Assembly (NCBI GenBank): GCA_003170825.1
Contig: PMYL01000015.1
Coordinates: 74 to 64,073 of the forward strand
Reading direction: 5' to 3'
DNA: 64,000 nucleotides
Origin: Acidobacteriaceae bacterium
GTDB taxonomy: Bacteria > Acidobacteriota > Terriglobia > Terriglobales > Acidobacteriaceae
Under the pieces are notes generated by a model, which saw nothing but the letters and a program-made list of their open reading frames with translations, made no database searches and was not told the DNA's origin. A program made the translations under genes and the position numbers. Below are positions 10,028-17,496 of the stretch, one piece after another; within the stretch, counting starts at the first letter, position 1; each line of letters opens with the position of its first letter.

Positions 10028-10291
10028 TCAGGCTGCGGGGGCCGGTTCGGGGTCGGACTGTGGCGGGATCATAGGCAGTTCCTCGTCGATCTCAAGGCCG
10101 GTCTCGCGGACGAGCTTGGTGACGGCGGCGGCGGTGAGCCGGGTAGCGTCGTACTCGACGCGGAGGGTGCGGGCGGCGTGGTCGAAGCTGAGACGGCGGA
10201 TGCCGTAGACGTCCTTGGTGCTGGCCAGCGCCAAGGACGCCTGCTCAGTGGGCGGCGTGGTGTAGGACAAGAGAATTTCCACCGTGGTCAT
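10028..10291 (-). CDS. Small hypothetical protein with HMA/ferredoxin-like pattern, lacking CxxC
   Basis: 87-aa ORF from ATG 10291 (MTTVEILLSY...YGIRRLSFDHAARTLRVEYDATRLT); it is the C-terminal part of track ORF 10028..10639. Confidence 0.65.
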   Translation of the reverse strand: MTTVEILLSYTTPPTEQASLALASTKDVYGIRRLSFDHAARTLRVEYDATRLTAAAVTKLVRETGLEIDEELPMIPPQSDPEPAPAA

Positions 10292-10338
10292 AAGGGAATG
10301 ATAGCAAGGCGAGGGGCGCTGGAGTGCGATGCCACGCG

Positions 10339-10866
10339 CTACATGCTCTTGAGATAGGCGCGGATCTCGGGGTTGGACCAGTCCGGATCGCCGACGATCT
10401 TGCGGCGGATGACGCCTTGGCGGTCGATGATGTAGGTCTCGGGCCATCCCTCGGTGTGGTAAAGCCTGGCGGCGGACTGGCTGGGGTCGCGGACGGTGAT
10501 GAAGTCGACGTGCCGGCGGACGAGGAAGCGGCTGTATGCGTTGGGGTCGTCGTCGATGCTGACGGCGAGAATGGCCAGGTCGGGCCGGTCGTGGTGGAGT
10601 TCGACTAACCCCGGCATCTCCTGAACGCACGGTGGGCACCAGGTGGCCCAGAAGTTGAGCAAGACAACCTGGCCCCGGTAGCTGGCCAGATGGATGGTGG
10701 TTGCGCCGTCGGAGACGGTGAAGTCGGGGGCTACCTTGCCGGTTTGGGCAGGATGGGCGCCGCGATCGCAGGCGGAGACGAGGGCCAACGGCAGGAGCAG
10801 AGTGGATGTGAGTAAACGAGGAAACCGCACATCCTTATAATACGGAGCGAAAGGGCGGATCGTCAT
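10339..10866 (-). CDS. TlpA/ResA-like thiol-disulfide oxidoreductase (lipoprotein)
   Basis: LALVSAC lipobox-like segment, APDFT, LLNFWATWCPPC and PETYIIDRQG. Start uncertain (ATG 10866 or GTG ~10830). Confidence 0.9.
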   Translation of the reverse strand: MTIRPFAPYYKDVRFPRLLTSTLLLPLALVSACDRGAHPAQTGKVAPDFTVSDGATTIHLASYRGQVVLLNFWATWCPPCVQEMPGLVELHHDRPDLAILAVSIDDDPNAYSRFLVRRHVDFITVRDPSQSAARLYHTEGWPETYIIDRQGVIRRKIVGDPDWSNPEIRAYLKSM

Positions 10867-11038
10867 GGGGAAGGACAGGCCTGAGGCGAACGGGACGGCT
10901 GGGGGAAACAAGCCGGTTCTCCACCCCACTGACAAAGACCCGTCCGTGGGGACCCCGGTGCTGGGGCTCTCCGGCGAGCCGGGCGAGCAGGTTGTCCGCC
11001 GCTGCGGATCGGGACGGTCTGAGTGGGCCGCCGGGACG

Positions 11039-12103
11039 GTGTTCGACCAGCCGGAGCCGGAGGAGCTGATCGAGCTTACGGTGATCGTTCCGGCGCGGAA
11101 TGAGGAGGATTGCCTGGGCGCGTGCCTTCGGTCGCTGGTGAGCCAGTCGGAGGAGATCTTCGAGCTGGGCCGGGACTGGGAGCTGATTGTGGTGGACGAC
11201 CACTCGACGGACCGCACGGTTGAAATTGCGCGCGGCTTTGCCGGGGTTACGGTGATGCAAGCGGGCGAACTGGAGCCGGACTGGACGGGGAAGGCGAACG
11301 CCATCTGGACGGCGGTCCGAAAGGCGCGTGGGCGGTGGCTGCTGTTTACGGATGCCGATACGATTCACGAACAAGGAAATCTGCGCCGGGCCATCCATGA
11401 GGCGGCGCGGCACGAGGTGGGAATGCTGAGCTATTCGCCACGGCAGATGGTGAGCGGCTTGGCGCAGCGGTCGTTGATGCCACTTATCTTCTGCGAGCTG
11501 GCGCTGGCCTATCCGCCGGCAAAGGTCTCGGACCCGAACCAGCGGATCGCCGCGGCCAACGGACAGTTTCTGCTGGTGGAGCGGGAGGCTTACCGTCGGC
11601 TGGGCGGACACGCGAGCGTGGCGGAGAAGGTGCTGGAGGATGTGGAACTGGCCTTTCTGGCCAAGCGGCGCAGGGTGAGGCTGCGCTTCCGCTATGCGGA
11701 CGACGCGGTAGCCACGCGGATGTACCGGTCAACGGCAGCGATGATCGAGGGCTGGACCAAGAACCTGGCGCTGCTCTTTGATAACTGCCTGGCGCTGGCG
11801 GTGTGGCGGGCGCTGGATATCGTGCTGCTGGCGGGGTTGCCGGTGCTGACGGTGGAGCTTTGGAACGCTCGCTTTGCGGCGCATTCGTTGCAGTGGCTAG
11901 GCGCCGGGTGGGTGCTGGCGCTGTTGTGGGTGCGGACGCTGTTCCGGTTTTATGCGCGGGTGGCGAAGTCCAACTTTCCCTTTGTGGACTGCGCGCTCTC
12001 GCCGCTGGGACTGCCGTTGTTTGTGGCGTTGCTCTACCGGAGCTGGTTTCAGCATCGAATCCTGAAGCGGGTAAACTGGAAGGGCAGGAGCTACGCGGCG
12101 TAG
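11039..12103 (+). CDS. Membrane glycosyltransferase family 2
   Basis: VIVPARNEE, VVDDHSTD, WTGKANA, LFTDADT, NGQFLL, EDVEL and RMY...EGWTKN with C-terminal TM helices. GTG 11039 is the inferred start; the track starts at 10865, overlapping tlpA. Confidence 0.9.
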   Translation: MFDQPEPEELIELTVIVPARNEEDCLGACLRSLVSQSEEIFELGRDWELIVVDDHSTDRTVEIARGFAGVTVMQAGELEPDWTGKANAIWTAVRKARGRWLLFTDADTIHEQGNLRRAIHEAARHEVGMLSYSPRQMVSGLAQRSLMPLIFCELALAYPPAKVSDPNQRIAAANGQFLLVEREAYRRLGGHASVAEKVLEDVELAFLAKRRRVRLRFRYADDAVATRMYRSTAAMIEGWTKNLALLFDNCLALAVWRALDIVLLAGLPVLTVELWNARFAAHSLQWLGAGWVLALLWVRTLFRFYARVAKSNFPFVDCALSPLGLPLFVALLYRSWFQHRILKRVNWKGRSYAA

Positions 12104-12181
12104 GAGCATTTGCAGACCGAGGCCTGATTGGCAGCTCTTTTGAGGGGCTGAAATACGGGCAGTATCGTAGCGGAGGAGAGA

Positions 12182-12340
12182 ATGAGGAATAACAGATATG
12201 CCGAATCAGGTATCGGCTTCGGGAGCGCATTTGCTCTGGTTATTTCGTGGGCAAAGTGGCACTCGTTCTGGTGGGCATTGCTGCACGGAATTCTCGGCTG
12301 GGCCTATGTGTTCTACTACTTCGTCATCAAAAGATATTGA
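12182..12340 (+). CDS. 52-aa small membrane protein
   Basis: GGAGGAG RBS followed by MRNNRYAESGIGFGSAFALVISWAKWHSFWWALLHGILGWAYVFYYFVIKRY*; below the ORF-track length cutoff. Confidence 0.75.
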   Translation: MRNNRYAESGIGFGSAFALVISWAKWHSFWWALLHGILGWAYVFYYFVIKRY

Positions 12341-12400
12341 GTGGAGATGCACGTGCAGCCAAGGCGGGGTTTGCGGCATCTTTTCCAGTGAGGGGTCAAA

Positions 12401-12877
12401 ATGGTTTATTTAACGCGGCGGGCAATGTTTTCCGCTTCGCACTACTACTGGAACGAGGCCTGGTCGGCGGCCCAGAACGAGCAGGTCTTCGGGCGCTGCT
12501 CGAATCGCAACGGGCACGGGCACAATTACACGCTGGAGGTGACGGTGGCGGGCGAGCCCGACCCGGTGACCGGCTTTGTTGTGGATCTGAAGTGGCTGAA
12601 GGACGCGATGGAGCGAGAGGTGCTGGCCGCATGGGATCATCGCCACCTGAACCTGGAAGCGCCGGAGTTTGCCGAGCTGATTCCGACCACGGAGAACATT
12701 GCGATTGCGGCGTGGAATCGGCTGGAGCCGGCGGTGACGGCGGCTGCTAACGGGGATTCTCGCCGGGCGCGGTTGAGCCGGGTTCGCGTCTATGAAACGC
12801 CGGAGATTTTTGCCGAGTACCGGGGTCCCCACGGACAGGTCTTCGTCCGTGGGGTGGATTACCGGGGTGAGATGTGA
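12401..12877 (+). CDS. 6-pyruvoyl-tetrahydropterin synthase/QueD-fold protein (copy 1)
   Basis: FSASH, CSNRNGHGHNY, DHRHLN, PTTENIA and RVRVYET motifs. Confidence 0.9.
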   Translation: MVYLTRRAMFSASHYYWNEAWSAAQNEQVFGRCSNRNGHGHNYTLEVTVAGEPDPVTGFVVDLKWLKDAMEREVLAAWDHRHLNLEAPEFAELIPTTENIAIAAWNRLEPAVTAAANGDSRRARLSRVRVYETPEIFAEYRGPHGQVFVRGVDYRGEM

Positions 12878-13281
12878 GGGCATACTTTGGCCGCCGCTAT
12901 ATGTTGAGCGCCAGCCACCGGCTGCATACCGATGCGCTCTCGGCCGAGGAGAACCGGGCGGCGTATGGCAAGTGCAACAATCCGCAAGGCCACGGACATA
13001 ATTACGTGGTGGAGGTGCTGGTGGGCGGCACGGTGGACCCGGAGACCGGGATGGTGGTGAACATGGCGGCGCTGGATGAGGCGGTGCGCGGCAAAGTGAT
13101 GGAGCGATTTGACCACACCAACCTGAATCTGGACCCGCTGTTTGTGAATCGTGTGCCGACGACGGAGAATCTGTGTAAGGTGGTCTTCGGATTATTGAAG
13201 GACGCGCTGCCGACGGGTGAGCTGGAGCGAGTGCGCGTGGAAGAGACCGAGAACAATTTCTTTGAGTTCTACGGTGAGTGA
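12874..13281 (+). CDS. 6-pyruvoyl-tetrahydropterin synthase/QueD-fold protein (copy 2)
   Basis: LSASHRL, CNNPQGHGHNY, FDHTNLN, PTTENL and VRVEETENN; GTGA overlap with copy 1. Confidence 0.9.
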   Translation: MRAYFGRRYMLSASHRLHTDALSAEENRAAYGKCNNPQGHGHNYVVEVLVGGTVDPETGMVVNMAALDEAVRGKVMERFDHTNLNLDPLFVNRVPTTENLCKVVFGLLKDALPTGELERVRVEETENNFFEFYGE

Positions 13282-13325
13282 TTTTTGAGATTCGCGGAGT
13301 TGATGAGGGCTCCGGATTGAGGTTC

Positions 13326-13384
13326 GTGGTTTCCCACCCTAGCCGCAAAAATCCGCCGCGGCGGACGGCGAGGGTGGGGCACCC
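13326..13384. repeat. REP-like palindrome (cccaccct...agggtggggcaccc)
   Basis: Inverted arms cccaccct/agggtggg enclose the perfect palindrome tccgccgcggcgga; intergenic. Confidence 0.6.
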
Positions 13385-13408
13385 AGCGTTATGAGTGGAA
13401 GGACAAAC

Positions 13409-13466
13409 GCAGGTTCTTCGACTGCGCAAGTCGCGAAGGGCGCGACTTGCTCCGCTCAGAATGACA
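13409..13466. repeat. REP-like palindrome (ttcttcgactgc...ccgctcagaatgaca)
   Basis: Internal stem gcaagtcgcg/cgcgacttgc; adjacent to the previous element and upstream of folE. Confidence 0.55.
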
Positions 13467-13489
13467 ATCATGAAGCGAGGATGAGAAGC

Positions 13490-14110
13490 ATGGCGCAGCC
13501 GATTGCAGTGAGCAAGGCCGTTCGCGGGGCGGTTGGGATGGACGAAGGGCTGAGCGAGTTCAGCACCGAAGAGATGTATCGCGAGATTCTGCGCCGGTTA
13601 GGCGAGGACCCCAACCGCGAGGGCCTGCTGGCTACGCCGGGGCGCGTGGAGAAGTCGATGGCCTTTTTGACCAAGGGCTACGACGAGAACCCCACACGGA
13701 TTCTGCGCGGGGCGCTCTTCGACGAGGACTACGACGAGATGGTGATCGTGAAGGATATCGAGATGTTCTCGCTCTGCGAGCATCATATGCTCCCTTTCTT
13801 CGGAAAGGTGCATGTGGCCTATATCCCCAAAGGAAAAGTCATCGGGCTGAGCAAGATTCCCCGCCTTGTCGAGGTTTTTGCGCGGCGCCTTCAGGTGCAG
13901 GAGCGGCTGACGCGGCAGATTGCGGACGCGATTCAAAATGCTATAGAACCGCAGGGCGTGGGGGTGGTCGTCGAGGCACGGCACCTGTGCATGATGATGC
14001 GCGGCATCGAGAAGCAGCACTCCTCGACGGTGACTTCGGCCATGGTGGGCTGCTTCCGCCAGAAAGAAACGCGGTTGGAGTTCCTGTCGCTGGTGCGACA
14101 GCCGGACTAG
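13490..14110 (+). CDS. folE: GTP cyclohydrolase I
   Basis: [51 protein letters not shown] and HLCMMMRG. Start inferred from a GAGG RBS. Confidence 0.95.
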   Translation: MAQPIAVSKAVRGAVGMDEGLSEFSTEEMYREILRRLGEDPNREGLLATPGRVEKSMAFLTKGYDENPTRILRGALFDEDYDEMVIVKDIEMFSLCEHHMLPFFGKVHVAYIPKGKVIGLSKIPRLVEVFARRLQVQERLTRQIADAIQNAIEPQGVGVVVEARHLCMMMRGIEKQHSSTVTSAMVGCFRQKETRLEFLSLVRQPD

Positions 14111-14154
14111 AGCGAGGATTGATTGGCTGCGGCGGGCGACCGGGAACCAATGCT

Positions 14155-15018
14155 TTATGCGGAATGTGAAAACGTTCTGGAGCTTCTTCCGTTTCCGGTC
14201 TGGATGTACGCGCTGAGATACCGTGTTCTCATCGCATGAGCCACGGCAAGCGCTTGATTGAACTTTTTCTTTCCAATCGCCTCGATCTTCTTCAGCGCCG
14301 CACGGTCATCCTGAGGGTCGAGCACTTTTTGAGCAATCTCCGCCAGTTGCTGCCAGTCGTGCCAATCGCCAATCCGATCCTTCACCGTGCCCAAGACATT
14401 CAAGAATTTTGGGTCCGCATCCTCGTCCAGTTGCAGGATGTAACGCAGCTCCTTGACCTTGAGGCGAAATGCATGGAGATTCTCCGCGTTCAACTCGGGC
14501 CAGCGGTTGAGCTCGGTCATGAGATTCAGCGCCGCATCCCCTTTGGGCCAGTTGCGGGCGACTTCGATCATTGCGCCGGGATTCTTTCCGTTCGACCTCT
14601 TTCCGAGTTGCCTGGAGAAGCGCTTCAGGGCGCTGCGAGCATCCTTCCGTTGCGCGGCAACCGTATCAAGGAGGCCGCGGGCGCACTCCATGCGCATGGC
14701 GCCCAAATGTTCGAGCAAGCGGGCCACAGAATTGTCAGAGTCGCCGCGATGATGGCTGGGGAGGGTCAGCGCGTTGCCGACCAGTACATCCATATCGCGC
14801 ACTTCGCCCGCCGCCTTGCGCACCGGCTTGATCGTCTTCAGCAGGCGGCGGGTCATTTTTTTGTGGCCGAGCATCAACGCGGCGACGACCGCTTCAAGAC
14901 GGCGCGCACGCGTCCGCAGATGGTGGACGTCTTCTGCTGGAGGGTCCTTGGGCAGGATCTTCAACGATTTGCGCAATTTGCGAACCGGTTTCTGGACGTT
15001 GCCGAGTTCGATTTCCAT
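14155..15018 (-). CDS. CHAD domain protein
   Basis: DVHHLRTRARRLEA, VRDMDV, LHAFRLKVKELRY and IGDWHDW are characteristic CHAD motifs. Confidence 0.88.
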   Translation of the reverse strand: MEIELGNVQKPVRKLRKSLKILPKDPPAEDVHHLRTRARRLEAVVAALMLGHKKMTRRLLKTIKPVRKAAGEVRDMDVLVGNALTLPSHHRGDSDNSVARLLEHLGAMRMECARGLLDTVAAQRKDARSALKRFSRQLGKRSNGKNPGAMIEVARNWPKGDAALNLMTELNRWPELNAENLHAFRLKVKELRYILQLDEDADPKFLNVLGTVKDRIGDWHDWQQLAEIAQKVLDPQDDRAALKKIEAIGKKKFNQALAVAHAMRTRYLSAYIQTGNGRSSRTFSHSA

Positions 15019-15152
15019 AATTCATAAGATGAAGAGGCTCACGCCGGGGTTGGCAAGGGCTCGACGGCAAATAGGGTGCGGCGCGACCGTGGGTGGGCGG
15101 CCGATGGCGCGGTGGTGCAACGCACCACGCGAAAATGCTCTAGAGTGGTTAG

Positions 15153-16046
15153 GTGAATGGGCTTCTGGTGGTGGACAAGCCGGGCGGCATGACCAGCCAC
15201 GACGTGGTGGGACGGCTGCGCAGGATTACCGGCGAGCGCTCCATCGGCCATTTGGGCACGCTGGACCCGATGGCGACCGGCGTGTTGCCGCTGCTGCTGG
15301 GCAAGTTCACGCGGCTGGCGCAGTACTTTTCGTCCGCGGAGAAGAGCTATGCCGGGGCGATCCGCTTCGGATTTTCGACAGACACGTATGACGCCGAGGG
15401 CGAGCCGGAGGGGCCGGACGCGAAACCGGCGCTGACGCTGGACCAGGTGCGCGCGGCGGCAGGGCGGTTCCACGGTGAGATGGAGCAGATGCCGCCGCCT
15501 TACTCCGCAAAAAAGATTGAGGGCACGAGGGCTTACAAGCTGGCCCGCGAGGGCAAGCCGGTGGAACTGAAGGCGGCGAAGGTCCGTATTGCCAGCTTTG
15601 AGATTACCGGGCTGGGAAGTGCGGGGCTGGAGGGCGCAGAGGCCAGTTTCACGATGAGCATCAGCGCAGGGGGGTACGTGCGGTCTGTGGCTCACCAACT
15701 GGGCCAGGACCTGGGCTGCGGGGCGCATTTGAGCCGGCTGCGGCGGACACAGGCGGGGGTGTTTACGATCAGCGAGGCGCACACGCTGGCGGAACTGGAA
15801 TCGCTGGCCGGAGATGTGGAGGCGCTGGAGGAGTTGTGCGTGCATCCGCGCAGCCTGTTGCCGGAGATGCCGTCTGTGACCGGGGACGCGATGGCGCTGG
15901 GGCGGCTGCGCAACGGCGCGCAGGCCAATCTGCCGGAGTTCTCGCAGGCGTCGCTGGTGAAAGTGTTTGCCGGGCAGCGGGAGTTGGCGGGGATTGCGAA
16001 GCGAGTGGCGGGAACGCTGTTTCAGCCGGTGGTGGTGATGGGGTGA
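15153..16046 (+). CDS. truB: tRNA pseudouridine(55) synthase
   Basis: VDKPGGMTSHDVV, GHLGTLDPMATGVL, QMPPPYSAKK and SAGGYVRS...LRRT. Confidence 0.96.
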   Translation: MNGLLVVDKPGGMTSHDVVGRLRRITGERSIGHLGTLDPMATGVLPLLLGKFTRLAQYFSSAEKSYAGAIRFGFSTDTYDAEGEPEGPDAKPALTLDQVRAAAGRFHGEMEQMPPPYSAKKIEGTRAYKLAREGKPVELKAAKVRIASFEITGLGSAGLEGAEASFTMSISAGGYVRSVAHQLGQDLGCGAHLSRLRRTQAGVFTISEAHTLAELESLAGDVEALEELCVHPRSLLPEMPSVTGDAMALGRLRNGAQANLPEFSQASLVKVFAGQRELAGIAKRVAGTLFQPVVVMG

Positions 16047-16054
16047 AGCAGGGG

Positions 16055-16696
16055 TCACTGGCTTTTGTGCAGAAGGGGTTTGAGGACGGGGAACAGGGTG
16101 TCGGCGATGATCTCTGAGCCTTTGGCGGTGGGATGGATGCCGTCTGCCTGAATTGCGCCGGGGACATGGACCAGGTTTTTATAGAGCATGGGCACGAAGG
16201 CTGCGTGGTGTTGGGCGGCAATGTCGCGGAAGACCTGCTCGAAGGATTGGATATAGTCCTTGCCGTAGTTTGGGGGCAGAGTAATGCCGGCGAGCAGGAT
16301 TTTGATGTGCGCGCTTTCGAGCGCGGTCAGCACCTGGTCGAGGTTGCGGCGGGTCTGGTCGGGGGGCAGGCCGCGAAGGCCGTCGTTGCCGCCGAACTCG
16401 ACGATGACGATTTCCGGGTGCAGGAGCAGAATGGAACGGAGATTGGCGACGGCGTCCTTGGTGGTGGCGCCGCTCGTGCCCTGGTTCGAGACTTTGTAGC
16501 GGTAGCCGCGGGCGTCGAGTTTCTGTTGCAGGAAGTCGGGATAGGACTCGCCGGTCCGGAGGCCGTAGCCGGCGGTGATGCTGTCGCCATAGCAGACCAG
16601 GACGGGCCGGCCGGCGGCCCGCGTTTGCGCAATCAAGGCAGGGCCGGCCAGAAGAATCAGCCAAAGCGAAACGATAAACCTGCGGCGAACGTCCAC
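16055..16696 (-). CDS. Arylesterase / acyl-CoA thioesterase I (SGNH/GDSL, TesA-like)
   Basis: C-terminal ~214 codons of track ORF 16055..19156: GDSITAGYG, GTSGATT, EFGGNDGLRG and DGIHP; divergent from ybbA-like ABC genes as in E. coli tesA-ybbAP. Confidence 0.9.
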   Translation of the reverse strand: MDVRRRFIVSLWLILLAGPALIAQTRAAGRPVLVCYGDSITAGYGLRTGESYPDFLQQKLDARGYRYKVSNQGTSGATTKDAVANLRSILLLHPEIVIVEFGGNDGLRGLPPDQTRRNLDQVLTALESAHIKILLAGITLPPNYGKDYIQSFEQVFRDIAAQHHAAFVPMLYKNLVHVPGAIQADGIHPTAKGSEIIADTLFPVLKPLLHKSQ

Positions 16697-16752
16697 AGGA
16701 ACAGTGTAGCGAAGAGCAGGGATCAGGACGAAGGCGTTCGGGAGGATGGCGA

Positions 16753-17496
16753 GTGATCGAGGTTCGGGACGCGAAGAAGTGGATACAGAACGGCGCGCGG
16801 CGGGTGGAGATTCTGAAGGGGATTTCTCTCGTGATTCCGGCGGGGCAGTTTGTGGCCATTGTGGGGGCGAGCGGGAGCGGGAAGAGCACGTTGCTGGGCC
16901 TGCTGGCGGGCCTCGATACGCCGAGTTCGGGCGAGATCTGGCTGGATGGGGCGCCGATTCACAATCTGGCCGAGGCGGAACTGGCCGCGGTGCGGGGCAA
17001 GAAGATCGGGTTTGTTTTCCAGTCCTATCAACTGATCGAGACGCTGACGGCTCTTGAAAACGTCTTGCTGCCGTATGAGCTGAACGTGGAGGGCAGCGGG
17101 CTGAAGCAGGCGCGGCGGCTGCTGGACGAGGTTGGGCTGACCGAGCGCATGGACCACTACCCGGTGCAGCTCTCGGGCGGCGAACAGCAGCGTGTGGCGC
17201 TGGCGCGGGCCTTCGTGGTCGAGCCGCCGATTGTGATGGCCGATGAGCCGACGGGGAATCTGGACTCGGCGAACGGGCGGCTGGTGCTGGACCTGCTGCT
17301 GGAGCGGAATAAGAAGTCAGGGACGACGCTGGTGCTGGTGACGCACGACCCGGAAGTGGCGAGCAGGGCGGATCGCAAGATCGTTTTGCGGGATGGAATG
17401 GTGGTGGAAGATAGCTTGCCGTTCGCGGGGCCGTTGACGGGGGCGGATGCGATTGCGGCTGCTGGGCCGGGTGTGGGGTTGGGGCAGAATGGCTAA
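16753..17496 (+). CDS. ABC transporter ATP-binding protein (YbbA/LolD-like)
   Basis: GASGSGKS Walker A, LSGGEQQRVALARA, DEPTGNLD and VTHD. Confidence 0.93.
   Translation: MIEVRDAKKWIQNGARRVEILKGISLVIPAGQFVAIVGASGSGKSTLLGLLAGLDTPSSGEIWLDGAPIHNLAEAELAAVRGKKIGFVFQSYQLIETLTALENVLLPYELNVEGSGLKQARRLLDEVGLTERMDHYPVQLSGGEQQRVALARAFVVEPPIVMADEPTGNLDSANGRLVLDLLLERNKKSGTTLVLVTHDPEVASRADRKIVLRDGMVVEDSLPFAGPLTGADAIAAAGPGVGLGQNG

Noticed and set aside
10865-11038. Extended N-terminus of the GT2 ORF including the HPTDKDPSVGTP repeat
   Set aside because: It overlaps the divergent tlpA start and looks non-homologous; GTG 11039 is the more plausible start, so this repeat copy is probably intergenic.
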